Virus record (IMG/VR): IMGVR_UViG_3300046804_003294
Span: 3,280 to 67,279 of that record
Direction: 5' to 3' (one strand)
Source of the DNA: a virus
Length of the DNA: 64,000 nt
This document shows, one piece after another, positions 1 to 9,884 of this stretch; positions within the stretch are counted from its first letter, which is position 1, and each line of letters starts with the position of its first letter. Made by a program: the position numbers and the translations under genes. Under the pieces are notes generated by a model that was not told the origin of the DNA, searched no databases, and was given only the letters and a program-made list of their open reading frames with translations.

Positions 1-123
1 ACGTCAGCAAATGGATCAAATGGAACTGCAAATCTTGGAGGTGGTGGAGGTGGTGGCGGCGCATCTCCATTAAACGGTGGTTCCGGCGGCTCTGGTGTAG
101 TTATCCTAAAACTAAACTCATAA
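1..123 (+). CDS. 3' end of glycine-rich tail fibre-like protein (partial)
   Basis: Frame 1 reads ...GTANLGGGGGGGG...GGSGGSGVVILKLNS* (TAA 121-123), a typical C-terminus of phage Gly-rich fibre domains. Confidence 0.65.
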   Translation, partial: TSANGSNGTANLGGGGGGGGASPLNGGSGGSGVVILKLNS

Positions 124-130
124 AGGGAGA

Positions 131-391
131 GTGAGAGTGGAGAAGAAACCGTACATGTTATATGGGATTGATACAGCGATGCACCTGCTACGTCCGGGCG
201 CACGATGGGAGATTACGAACAACTTCTTCAGCGTCTGGGAGGATGAGCGTCCATGCCCGACTATGGAAGAAGTGCATGACACGATGGAAAAGATCAAAGC
301 CTTTGAGGACAGCATCAACACCGTGTGGACAAAGAAGCAACTGGAAGAGCTGTTGGGACGTCAGGCTGAATTTGACAAGGCGGTGGCATGA
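131..391 (+). CDS. hypothetical tail-region protein (XkdW-like)
   Basis: GGAG RBS, ATGA overlap with next gene, LRPGARW...W.DERPCPT motif. Confidence 0.55.
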   Translation: MRVEKKPYMLYGIDTAMHLLRPGARWEITNNFFSVWEDERPCPTMEEVHDTMEKIKAFEDSINTVWTKKQLEELLGRQAEFDKAVA

Positions 392-996
392 ACATCCACA
401 ACTTATTCCCGCTGCCTATCGGCTTCTTCCGTCTGGGTCGTGATCTGACGAAGACAGAGCTGGACTACATTCTTGGTCAGGATAAGTATCCAAACCAAGG
501 AAACATTACCAGCTCAAACCGCACAATTTTGAAGGACAAGGAACTGACAGACATCCGCGACTTTATTGAAGACGCGATGCTGGAATACTTTAAAACCGTG
601 CATGACCCCAAGGGTGATGTTGCGCTGTATGTCACACAGTCGTGGGCTAACTACACTGATCCGGGGCAGTACCACCATAAACATGCCCACCCAAACAGCT
701 TTATCAGTGGTGTGTTCTACCCGCAGGCTGACAGGTCAGTGGACAAGATTTACTTTTACAAGAGCGGCTACGAGCGGATTAAGGTTGCACCGCAAACATG
801 GAATCACTGGAACTCTGAGAGCTGGTGGTTTGAGGTGGGTGCAGGTGACTTGATACTGTTCCCGTCGCATCTTGAGCACATGGTTGAGACGAAGGTCGGC
901 AATGAAACCCGCGTGAGTATCGCGTTTAATACTTTTTTAAAAGGTCACATCGGTGTAGACGAAAGTCTAACTGGACTGCAACTAGGAGAAGAATGA
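388..996 (+). CDS. putative 2OG-Fe(II) oxygenase (TIGR02466-like)
   Basis: SWAN, HAHPNSFISGVFY, LILFPSHLEHMV and RVSIAFN give the HxH...H...R motif set. Confidence 0.85.
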   Translation: MNIHNLFPLPIGFFRLGRDLTKTELDYILGQDKYPNQGNITSSNRTILKDKELTDIRDFIEDAMLEYFKTVHDPKGDVALYVTQSWANYTDPGQYHHKHAHPNSFISGVFYPQADRSVDKIYFYKSGYERIKVAPQTWNHWNSESWWFEVGAGDLILFPSHLEHMVETKVGNETRVSIAFNTFLKGHIGVDESLTGLQLGEE

Positions 997-1361
997 TGGC
1001 GCACTTCGCAAAGCTTGGCCCCGGCAACGTGGTCGAACAAGTGATTGTCGTAGACAACCGTGATACCGCTGACGCGTCCGGTGTGGAAAAGGAACACATA
1101 GGCGCAGCCTTTTGTGAACGCCTTCTAGGCGGTCGCTGGGTACAGACTAGCTACAACGGCAACAAACGCAAGAACTACGCCGGTCAGGGTTACACCTATG
1201 ACGAGCAGCGCGATGCGTTTATCCCTCCCAAACCCTTTGCCTCGTGGGTTTTAAACGAGACTACCTGTCAGTGGACTGCGCCCACGCCGATGCCTGAAGA
1301 TGGCAACATGTATAGCTGGGATGAGGCAACGACTTCATGGAAAGCACAGGAGGCAGCATGA
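993..1361 (+). CDS. conserved phage tail-associated hypothetical protein
   Basis: MAHFAKL...WVQTSYNG..RKNYAG.GYTYD..RDAFIPPKP motif; coupled by ATGA overlaps. Confidence 0.65.
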   Translation: MMAHFAKLGPGNVVEQVIVVDNRDTADASGVEKEHIGAAFCERLLGGRWVQTSYNGNKRKNYAGQGYTYDEQRDAFIPPKPFASWVLNETTCQWTAPTPMPEDGNMYSWDEATTSWKAQEAA

Positions 1362-1522
1362 AAGACTATCTGATTGAACGTGCAAAAGAGCCGTCTACAT
1401 GGCGTGGCTTTATCCTGTTCCTGACCGCTATTGGCGTGCCTATCCACCCTGAGATGCAAACAGCCATTGTGTCCGCTGGTCTTGGTATCGCTGGTCTGAT
1501 CGGTGTTGTAACCAAGGGATGA
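1358..1522 (+). CDS. putative holin
   Basis: 54 aa, ERAKEPSTWRG followed by two hydrophobic segments, directly upstream of the endolysin; start at the ATGA overlap with a GGAGG RBS. Confidence 0.7.
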   Translation: MKDYLIERAKEPSTWRGFILFLTAIGVPIHPEMQTAIVSAGLGIAGLIGVVTKG

Positions 1523-1938
1523 TAAACAGCCGTAGTCTGGATGATTTGATTCCCCCCGCCCGTGTGCGGGTGCAAGCGTTTCTGGACGCCGCCAAAAAAG
1601 AAGGCGTTGACTTGCTGGTAACGAGCACTTACCGGGATAATGCAAGTCAGGACGCGCTGTACGCGCAAGGCCGCACGAAGCCGGGCAGGATAGTGACCAA
1701 CGCTAAAGCAGGACAGTCTTGGCATAACCACCGCTGCGCCGTGGATGTCGTGCCCATAGTGGCTGGCAAACCCCGCTGGGATGTCAAAGATGAGGTCTGG
1801 CAAAAGGTCGGTGCGCTGGGTAAAGCAGCAGGGCTGGAGTGGGCTGGGGATTGGAAACGGTTCAAAGAGTACCCGCACTTTCAGTACACAGGTGGCCTGA
1901 CGTTGGCGCAGTTGCAAACTGGTGCAAAAATCGTTTAA
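1519..1938 (+). CDS. endolysin, M15 family (L-Ala-D-Glu peptidase-like)
   Basis: TYR...Q..LYAQGRT...VTNAKAGQSWHN...AVD...WAGDW..FKEYPHFQ. Confidence 0.9.
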   Translation: MINSRSLDDLIPPARVRVQAFLDAAKKEGVDLLVTSTYRDNASQDALYAQGRTKPGRIVTNAKAGQSWHNHRCAVDVVPIVAGKPRWDVKDEVWQKVGALGKAAGLEWAGDWKRFKEYPHFQYTGGLTLAQLQTGAKIV

Positions 1939-1950
1939 TGCGAGTGTGTA

Positions 1951-4086
1951 ATGCCGCTACAGCTTTTACAGTTTCGCCCCGGTATCAACCGCGAAGGCAC
2001 GACGCTTGCCAATGAGGGTGGTTGGTACGAGTGCGACAAAATTCGTTTTCGTTCCGGCTATCCGCAGAAACTGGGCGGCTGGCAACCTATCTCTTCAAAC
2101 ACGTATCAGGGCGTTGCACGCTCACTAATTAACTGGGTCACGTTAAAAGGCTACAACCTCCTAGGCGTTGGCACTAACCTAAAGTACTACGTTGAGAGCG
2201 GTGGTGTATACAACGACATCACGCCGGTACGTGCAACAGCTACACTAACTAATCCGTTTACTACTACCAACGGTTCAAGAACAGTTACCGTTACTGACGC
2301 TGATCATGGTGCGGTCACTGGCGACTTTGTGACGTTCTCCGGTGCAACGGCTGTGGCAGGCTTGACGCTAAATGGTGAGTTTCAGATCACGTACGTCAAC
2401 ACCAACAGCTACACCATACAGGCACCAGCAGCAGCCAACGCAGACGCAACAGGCGGTGGCACAGTCACAGCTACGTATCAGATCAATACAGGTCTATCTA
2501 CGTACAGCTACTTGACAGGCTGGGGCACGGGTTTGTGGGGCGGCTTTCTTACAGGTACAGCGCAAACGACGTTGACTGTACCGCTTAACTCGTCAAACAC
2601 TAATATCACGGTAGCTTCCACCACCGGGTTCTCCAACGCCACGGGCACGGTGTTAATAGACTCGGAACTAGCAGCCTATACAGGTAACACCGCCGTTTTG
2701 TTTACAGGCGTCACTCGTGGTGCCAACGGCACCATTGCCACTAGCCACTCCAACGGCAGCATTGTTTATAACGCCAACACGTTTACTGGCTGGGGGCAGT
2801 CTTCTGCGCAGGGTATCGGTGTGCAGCTTCGTCTGTGGTCGCAGGCAAACTTTGGTGAGTATTTAATCATCAACCCGCGCAACGGTCCGATCTACATGTG
2901 GGTGCCGCAGTACACCGGGTCAAACGTATTGCTGTTTAACTCCCCGGCTAACCTGCTCTCCAACACCAGCACCGGTATATACCAGACAGACGCTGACTGT
3001 CCAACGGTTGCAGCACAAGTCATGGTGTCGGACTCATCACGGTTTGTGCTTGCGTTTGGAGCAAATGACTACGGCAGCACTACGCAAGACCCCATGCTGA
3101 TTCGCTGGGGGGACCAAGAGAGTTACAGCGTTTGGTCGCCTAGCGCAACCAATCAGGCAGGCAGCTTCAGGCTTTCTTCGGGTTCTACCATTGTTACTGC
3201 CATTCAGACCCGGCAAGAGATCGTTGTGCTCTCAGACGCGGCGGCGTACTCCATGCAGTATTTGGGGCCACCTTACGTATGGGGCTTTAACATCCTGTCA
3301 AACAACATCTCCATCATGGGGCCGAACGCCATCGGTGCGGCGAACAACATTGTGTACTGGATGGGGTTGGACAAGTTCTACGTGTACACCGGTCGCGTGG
3401 AGACGCTGCCTTGCGCGCTGCGCCAGTACGTGTACGGCGACATCAACCTTGAGCAGAACTATCAGGTCTTCTGTGGTAGCAACGAAGGCTATAGCGAAGT
3501 GTGGTGGTTCTACTGCTCAGCTAACAGTAGCACGGTTGATCGTTACGTCATATACAACTACCTTGATAAAGTCTGGTACTACGGCACACTGGCGCGCAGT
3601 GCGTGGCTGGATAGTCCTTTGCGCAACTACCCGATGGGGGCGACGTATAACCACACCATCGTTTACCACGAGAACGGCAATGACGACATTGAAACCAACG
3701 GCACGGTGGTCCCGATCAATGCGTATATCCAATCATCTGACTTTGACATTGGTGATGGGCACAACTTTGGTTTTGTGTGGCGGATTATTCCTGATCTTAC
3801 TTTTGACGGCTCCAGCAATCCTTCGCCTGCCAAACCAGCAGCCGTGTTTACCGTAAGACCACGCCAGAACCCCGGTGCACCGTATGGGGCGGCTGAAGCA
3901 CCAACGGTAACGTCAACACAAAATTACAACAGCGTTAGAAACTACAACGTGCAAGAGTTCACAGAGATTGTGTACACACGCATACGTGGACGGCAGATGG
4001 CATTTAAGATAAGTTCGGATACGGTGGGAACCCAGTGGCAGCTTGGTGTGCCACGAATTGACGTACGTCCTGATGGTCGCAGATGA
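1951..4086 (+). CDS. tail nozzle/hub protein (P22 gp10-like)
   Basis: 711-aa beta-rich protein with Thr-rich insert, upstream of the ejection genes; IRWGDQE and VYWMG..KFYVY patterns. Confidence 0.65.
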   Translation: MPLQLLQFRPGINREGTTLANEGGWYECDKIRFRSGYPQKLGGWQPISSNTYQGVARSLINWVTLKGYNLLGVGTNLKYYVESGGVYNDITPVRATATLTNPFTTTNGSRTVTVTDADHGAVTGDFVTFSGATAVAGLTLNGEFQITYVNTNSYTIQAPAAANADATGGGTVTATYQINTGLSTYSYLTGWGTGLWGGFLTGTAQTTLTVPLNSSNTNITVASTTGFSNATGTVLIDSELAAYTGNTAVLFTGVTRGANGTIATSHSNGSIVYNANTFTGWGQSSAQGIGVQLRLWSQANFGEYLIINPRNGPIYMWVPQYTGSNVLLFNSPANLLSNTSTGIYQTDADCPTVAAQVMVSDSSRFVLAFGANDYGSTTQDPMLIRWGDQESYSVWSPSATNQAGSFRLSSGSTIVTAIQTRQEIVVLSDAAAYSMQYLGPPYVWGFNILSNNISIMGPNAIGAANNIVYWMGLDKFYVYTGRVETLPCALRQYVYGDINLEQNYQVFCGSNEGYSEVWWFYCSANSSTVDRYVIYNYLDKVWYYGTLARSAWLDSPLRNYPMGATYNHTIVYHENGNDDIETNGTVVPINAYIQSSDFDIGDGHNFGFVWRIIPDLTFDGSSNPSPAKPAAVFTVRPRQNPGAPYGAAEAPTVTSTQNYNSVRNYNVQEFTEIVYTRIRGRQMAFKISSDTVGTQWQLGVPRIDVRPDGRR

Positions 4087-4946
4087 CAACACAGATTGTT
4101 ACTACAGAGTCAATTTTACTGACGCGTACCAAAGCGCCTGCGCTACCGCTTGCCCCGACGGAATACAACCGGCAGTACATCGACCAGTTGAACAACGTCT
4201 TGCGGCTGTACTTTGCCCAGTTAGATAACTTCGTTTCTCAGTTAAATGCTGGAGCGCTTAATACGCTGGCGTTACCGCAGGGCGCGTTTTTTCAAGATGG
4301 CGTCACCACGTTGACTTCCAATATAAACAATGCAGTCACAACCATTCCTGTTGCGTCTACGGCGTCTTTTCAAAATACCGGCGCAATAATTATTGGGTCT
4401 GAGGTTATAACGTACACCGGCAAAACAGCCACTTCGTTTACAGGATGCACGCGAGGCCAGTTTGGTTCAAGCAACGCTTCGCATTTGAGTGGGGCGTATG
4501 TAGGTGAAGTGCAATCAGCCACAGCCCCTGTACCGCTTTACATGTCTTCGACAACCAGCAGTAATGGTGTGGCGCTAGATGCGACAGATAAATCCAAGGT
4601 TGTATTTGACACGGCGGGGTACTACAACATCCAGTTCAGCTTGCAGTTATTGTCGTTTGACACTGCGGTTGATAATGTAACGATATGGTTCTCAAAGAAC
4701 GGGACTGATATCGACTACAGCGCAGGACTTGGCACCATCCCCAGCAGGATTACAGCCACCAAGCCCGCTACGGCAATTATCTCGTGGAACATTATCATTC
4801 CGGTAAACGCCAACGATTACATTCAAATTTACTTTGCCTCAGATAGCGGTAATACTTTAGCAGTAACGTACCCACCCGGAACTAGCCCAGCGCACCCTAC
4901 GTCGCCGTCGGTTATTTTAACGGCAACATTTACCTCTGCGCTATGA
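4083..4946 (+). CDS. tail structural protein (needle/short fibre-like)
   Basis: Short N-terminal helical segment then a beta-rich domain; shares the TIPVAST.SF...TG.TRG module with the preceding gene. Confidence 0.55.
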   Translation: MTTQIVTTESILLTRTKAPALPLAPTEYNRQYIDQLNNVLRLYFAQLDNFVSQLNAGALNTLALPQGAFFQDGVTTLTSNINNAVTTIPVASTASFQNTGAIIIGSEVITYTGKTATSFTGCTRGQFGSSNASHLSGAYVGEVQSATAPVPLYMSSTTSSNGVALDATDKSKVVFDTAGYYNIQFSLQLLSFDTAVDNVTIWFSKNGTDIDYSAGLGTIPSRITATKPATAIISWNIIIPVNANDYIQIYFASDSGNTLAVTYPPGTSPAHPTSPSVILTATFTSAL

Positions 4947-4986
4947 CTTACATGCTAAACTTTGACAAATACATTGAAGGTGCGCT

Positions 4987-7900
4987 ATGAGCCTGCAAAA
5001 CTTAGCCAGCCACATCCAAAGCGCCGGGCGCGGCGAAGACAAGATGCTCGTCCACATGACGCCCAAAGAAGTTGCAGGTTTGCAAACTCTTGCTGCTGCG
5101 CATGGTGGATCGCTGACCATTAACCCTGAAACCGGTCTGCCAGAGGCAGGCTTTTTGTCGTCTCTTTTGCCCACTGTGATTGGCGCTGCGTTGGCTCCGG
5201 CTACGGGCGGTGCGTCTTTGGGTTTGACACAAGCTTGGCAAACCGCTGCACTGGTGGGCGGGGCTTATGGTCTGGCAACCGGCAGCTTGAAGAAAGGCTT
5301 GATGGCAGGTCTGGGCGCGTATGGCGGCGCAAGCATGATTCCGGGGGTCATGGAGGCAGGTGCGGCAGCAGCGCCTGCTGCGGTTACTGCCCCTTCTGTT
5401 GTGCCGCCCACGGCGGCTGTACCCAATCCCGGTGCGGCTACGTTAGGTTCTGGCTTTACCAGTTCTGCACCAAACATAACGGAATCTATTACTCCAGCTT
5501 TTAAACCTACTATTGGTGGAACCCCAACAGCTACTGCTGCCGCGCCTGCCGCTGCTGCAGGGGCTACTTTCCCTCCTGCTGCCGTGCGTCCTGACAGCAT
5601 CGTAGCAACCGGTGCTACTCAAGGCGCGCCTAGCGTTCTGGCGCAGACCGGCAGCGGCATCAAGAATCTCCTGTCTGACCCGGAGAAACTCAAAGCTTTC
5701 CTTGGAGATCAAAAGTTCAACCTGCTCTCTTCTGCTGCGTCAGCCATGACGGACTATGAAAAAGAAGAAGAGAAAAGGCAAGCTGCGGCAGCTCCTTTGG
5801 CCACGTATCAATACGCCCCGCGTTATGCGCCGTCTGCACGCGCTGCTGGCAGCACGGCTGAGCGTACTTACTTTGCCGCTGACGGTGGGTTGGCATCCCT
5901 TGGCCCTGTGGAGAACATGTCGCAGCAGAACGCGATGATGGACAACTCTCGCTATCCAATGGCGTTTCAAAACACACCCACATACGCAAGCCCGGCAGAG
6001 CGTCCCATTTCTCAGAACGTCATCTATCCGCCCACCGATGCTGATGTGACGCCGTACAGCGGTACGTTGCGTATGGCCGAAGGCGGCATAGCTATGCTTG
6101 CAGCAGGAGGTAAGTCAGAAGCGCAGATCAGAGAAGAAGACGCGGCTAAAGAATTCCAAGCATGGCTAAAAGCACGTGGTGGTGACAAGACTACAGCCAA
6201 GAAAGAACTTGATGCGCGCATCAACGAGCTGAACAAAGAATATAAAGGCCGGATTGACAACTTTAACAAAGACACACAGGCAGAGTTAAGAGAACGGCAA
6301 AAAAATATTAACGCTGAAAAAGACAAAGCTTCAAAAGCGCAGATGCAAAAAGACCTTGCTGAATGGCAAAAGTCTCGTGCGGCTGAACTAAAAGGTCTTC
6401 AAGGCGAACAAACGTCGGCAGTTAAAGACCGCACAAACGAGTACAACAACCGTATTAAAGAACTGGACGCAGAGATCAAAGAGCGTCAGGCACTGCGCAA
6501 CTTTGAAACGCAGGTGTACAAAACTGGTTATACCGGCGTAGCGGGGGATTTGAAGGCCGATGATCTGACGTCAATTAACAAAGTGTATGGCGCAGAAGTT
6601 GGCAAGCAAAAGAAAGAAATGGAAACGGCTGCAGCCGCGCTGGCTAACGCCAAGAAGACAGGTATTCAAAGTTTGATTGACCGTGCGCAAGAGTTGTACA
6701 ACCAGCAAAAAGCTGAGTACGAAGAAGCAGGCGGCAAGCAAACCGCTCGCATACAGGAGTTTAGAGAGTCCACCAAACGCACCGGCGCATTGGGGCCGCG
6801 TGGGCAGTACACCACCACGCTAGGTGATGTTGACGCTATTAAAAAACAAATTGCCGAGATTAAAGCTAACCCTGCGCAGTCTACTGGCATGGGCGGCGCT
6901 ACATTAAGTGCTGACCAGCAAAGGCAGATTAAAGACCTTGAAGCCAAATTAACTGGCATGTCTGCGGCTGAGAAAGTGTACAACCCCAAGACCGGTCAGT
7001 ACGAAATACCCGCAGGCAGCAAGTTCCAAGAACTGAAAAAAGCGCCGACGTTTGATACGACCAAGAAGATTATGGAAGAAAGTGACATTGCCAACATGTT
7101 TGAGTACATGGCTGGTCGTCGTCCTACCGAAGGGGAGATGGCTAAGTACCTTGGCAAGTCTTTGTCTGAAGCGCAGCTTGCGCAACAGGTTGGCGCTATT
7201 GCTGAGTTGGGGGCAGTACAAAAGTTTACTGATGAAGACTTGAACGCACAGGCGCGCTACTACTGGGGGCGTGATATGTCCCGTGGTGAGCTTGCGTTCT
7301 TCAAAGACCCGGCAAACAGAATTACCAACTTCAACACGCTGCGTAATGCTTTGGTTAACAACTCTGCCTACCTGCAGAACCTTAACAAACTAAACCGTCA
7401 GGCGTTTGAACAACAGCAAGCAGCCGCACAAATTGCCGCTGAAGGACCTGCAGCACTTGAGCAAATTTCTTCTGCTTATCAAGACATCTTGGGCAGACCG
7501 CCCACTGCTGAAGAATTTATCTCTGCGCGTAACTCAAACGCTACTGCGTCACAGCTTGTGCAACAGTTGAAGTCTTCCCCAGCGTATCAAGCCAAGATGA
7601 CACAATCGTTTGTGCCACCTGTGCAGACCCCGGCGGTCAAACCTGTTTCGCAAGAGCAGATCAACCAGTATCGGCAGGCGTACATGGCACCTACAACGCC
7701 TACGTCCGCAGAACCAAGGTTGGCTCCGCTGTTTAGTGGCACTGCAGGTGCAGGCGGCTATACGTTTACACCGCCTCAACAAGAAGCCGCTATTGCAGGC
7801 GCGCTGCCGTATACCGATGTGATTAACCGGTTGGGTATTGGCGGTGTGTATTCACAGATTGCGCAGAAGGCTCCTGAGTTGCAGCCGGGCTTGCGCTTTG

Positions 7901-8277
7901 GTGTACCGCAGACGTATACACCGATTGCTCAACCTGCTACGCAGCCCATGGCTGCTGGTGGTGTCACTGCGTTGGCTGCAGGCGGCAACATGGACCTTGG
8001 TGACTATTCCGATGGTGGGCGTCTTTTGAAAGGACCCGGCGATGGAGTATCTGATTCAATTCCTGCTTCTATTGGGGGCAGGCGCCCTGCTCGTCTTGCT
8101 GATGGTGAGTTTGTGATTCCCGCACGGATTGTGTCCGAGCTTGGCAACGGCAGCACCGAAGCAGGCGCACGCCAGCTTTACGCCATGATGGACAGGGTAC
8201 AGAAACGCCGTCGCAAGAGTGTTGGTAAAAATAAGGTAGCCGTGGATAGCAAAGCAAGCCAGTTGCTACCCGCATGA
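4987..8277 (+). CDS. internal virion/ejection protein
   Basis: N-terminal GRGED.MLVH...TINPETGLPEA, hydrophobic Gly/Ala stretch, coiled coils, C-terminal GPGDGVSDSIPA...ARLADGEFV. Confidence 0.65.
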   Translation: MSLQNLASHIQSAGRGEDKMLVHMTPKEVAGLQTLAAAHGGSLTINPETGLPEAGFLSSLLPTVIGAALAPATGGASLGLTQAWQTAALVGGAYGLATGSLKKGLMAGLGAYGGASMIPGVMEAGAAAAPAAVTAPSVVPPTAAVPNPGAATLGSGFTSSAPNITESITPAFKPTIGGTPTATAAAPAAAAGATFPPAAVRPDSIVATGATQGAPSVLAQTGSGIKNLLSDPEKLKAFLGDQKFNLLSSAASAMTDYEKEEEKRQAAAAPLATYQYAPRYAPSARAAGSTAERTYFAADGGLASLGPVENMSQQNAMMDNSRYPMAFQNTPTYASPAERPISQNVIYPPTDADVTPYSGTLRMAEGGIAMLAAGGKSEAQIREEDAAKEFQAWLKARGGDKTTAKKELDARINELNKEYKGRIDNFNKDTQAELRERQKNINAEKDKASKAQMQKDLAEWQKSRAAELKGLQGEQTSAVKDRTNEYNNRIKELDAEIKERQALRNFETQVYKTGYTGVAGDLKADDLTSINKVYGAEVGKQKKEMETAAAALANAKKTGIQSLIDRAQELYNQQKAEYEEAGGKQTARIQEFRESTKRTGALGPRGQYTTTLGDVDAIKKQIAEIKANPAQSTGMGGATLSADQQRQIKDLEAKLTGMSAAEKVYNPKTGQYEIPAGSKFQELKKAPTFDTTKKIMEESDIANMFEYMAGRRPTEGEMAKYLGKSLSEAQLAQQVGAIAELGAVQKFTDEDLNAQARYYWGRDMSRGELAFFKDPANRITNFNTLRNALVNNSAYLQNLNKLNRQAFEQQQAAAQIAAEGPAALEQISSAYQDILGRPPTAEEFISARNSNATASQLVQQLKSSPAYQAKMTQSFVPPVQTPAVKPVSQEQINQYRQAYMAPTTPTSAEPRLAPLFSGTAGAGGYTFTPPQQEAAIAGALPYTDVINRLGIGGVYSQIAQKAPELQPGLRFGVPQTYTPIAQPATQPMAAGGVTALAAGGNMDLGDYSDGGRLLKGPGDGVSDSIPASIGGRRPARLADGEFVIPARIVSELGNGSTEAGARQLYAMMDRVQKRRRKSVGKNKVAVDSKASQLLPA

Positions 8278-8723
8278 GTATTCGTTATATAAACGCGGAA
8301 CCGTTTTCGTTTTTAAAGGATTTGGAAGCGCTGTTCCCCGCGCACTATGAAGAGCTGTGTGTTACCAAAGATTTTCCGTTGATGCCGGATTATGACGCTT
8401 ACAAGCGGCTGGCAGATGCGGGGCAGCTAGTGTGTATTGTGTGTATGGACGGTGACGAGGTAATTGGTTACATCGTTTTTCTGGTTCAACCGCATCTGCA
8501 CTACAAGACATGTTTAACTGCGTTTGAGGACATTTACTACCTGAAACCTGAGTATCGCAAAGGACGCACGGGAATCAAGATGTTCAAGTACGCAGAAGAA
8601 GTTTTGAAGTCGGTGAATGTTAACCGCATCATCATGCACACCAAAGTGCATCTGGATAACTCCCGGCTGTTTGAATACCTTGGCTATAAGAACAGTGACA
8701 AGCTGTTCACCAAGATACTGTAG
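8274..8723 (+). CDS. GNAT-family acetyltransferase
   Basis: EDIYYLKPEYRKGRTG acetyl-CoA motif A; RLFEYLGY motif B. Confidence 0.8.
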   Translation: MSIRYINAEPFSFLKDLEALFPAHYEELCVTKDFPLMPDYDAYKRLADAGQLVCIVCMDGDEVIGYIVFLVQPHLHYKTCLTAFEDIYYLKPEYRKGRTGIKMFKYAEEVLKSVNVNRIIMHTKVHLDNSRLFEYLGYKNSDKLFTKIL

Positions 8724-8731
8724 AGGCTGAT

Positions 8732-9883
8732 ATGAACTACTCGCGCAGACAACTGGAAGCTTTGGGGGAGCCGTTAGGGGAAAGCGTTACACGCGCTAAA
8801 CCCGGTGGCCGTATATACGGCGGTGGCGGCAGTGCGCCCAGCTCTCCTACAAATGTCACGCAGACCAACCTTAGTTACCCGGCTGAGTTTCAGCCCATGG
8901 TCAGGGAGATGGCTCAGCGCTCACTGGCGCAAGCCTCGTCTCCTTATGTGGCGTACGGTGGTCAGCGTCTGGCTGGGTTTGACCCGCTACAACTAACCGC
9001 CCAGCAGGCGGTCGCTAACATCACGCCGTCTCAGCAACTGGGGCCAGCCACGCAATTTGCCTCGTCAGCAGGCATGAAAGCAGGCGACATCCAGTACACC
9101 CCGATGGGTGTGCAGACCCAATCGTTCTTGCAGCCGGGCATGGCGCAGGCGTACATGTCGCCGTACACCCAGAACGTCGTGGACATACAGGCGCGTGAGG
9201 CGCGCAGGCAGTCCGAGATTGAACGAAACAGAGCGCAGGCACAGGCTGTGGGGCAGGGCGCGTATGGCGGCTCCCGGCAGGCTATTGTGGAGGCAGAGCG
9301 TCAGCGTAACTTGGGGCAGCAGATTGGTGACATCCAGCAGCGTGGCCAGCAGGCAGCGTTTGAGCAAGCGCAAAACCTCTTTGGCAATGAGCAGCAGCGT
9401 GCGCTACAAGCTCAGCAGCAGACCGAGGCATCCCGTCAGTTCGGCGCAGGGCTTGGGTTGCAGGGGTTACAGGCGCAGCTACAAGCAGCGAACCAGCTTG
9501 CTGGCATCGGCGGGCAGCAGTTCCAACAGCAGGCCGACATAATTAACGCGTTATCTGCCGCAGGCCAGCAGCGTCAGGCACTTGAGCAACAGCGCTTGTC
9601 ACAGGACTATCAGGACTTCCTGACACAGAAACAGTTCCCGTACCAGCAGCTTGCCTTTATGGGTGAGATGCTAAAGGGTGTGCCGCAGCAAACCACGCAA
9701 CAGATTTATCAAGCGCCGCCTTCCTTGGTGTCGCAGCTTGGCGGTCTGGGTCTGGCAGCGTACGGTCTGTTTGGCCGCGGCAAAGCCGAAGGCGGTAAGA
9801 TTGCCGAGGATGAATACGAAGAGCGCCCAGCCGGTTTGGGTGAACTGGCACTGCGCAACGCTCAGATGAAAGCGAGGGCCTAA
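8732..9883 (+). CDS. DNA-transfer/ejection protein (P22 gp7-like)
   Basis: Gln/Ala/Gly-rich; leader ending in GGGG; YMSPY..NVVD and GAYGGSRQAI motifs; position in the ejection cluster. Confidence 0.65.
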   Translation: MNYSRRQLEALGEPLGESVTRAKPGGRIYGGGGSAPSSPTNVTQTNLSYPAEFQPMVREMAQRSLAQASSPYVAYGGQRLAGFDPLQLTAQQAVANITPSQQLGPATQFASSAGMKAGDIQYTPMGVQTQSFLQPGMAQAYMSPYTQNVVDIQAREARRQSEIERNRAQAQAVGQGAYGGSRQAIVEAERQRNLGQQIGDIQQRGQQAAFEQAQNLFGNEQQRALQAQQQTEASRQFGAGLGLQGLQAQLQAANQLAGIGGQQFQQQADIINALSAAGQQRQALEQQRLSQDYQDFLTQKQFPYQQLAFMGEMLKGVPQQTTQQIYQAPPSLVSQLGGLGLAAYGLFGRGKAEGGKIAEDEYEERPAGLGELALRNAQMKARA

Positions 9884-9884
9884 T

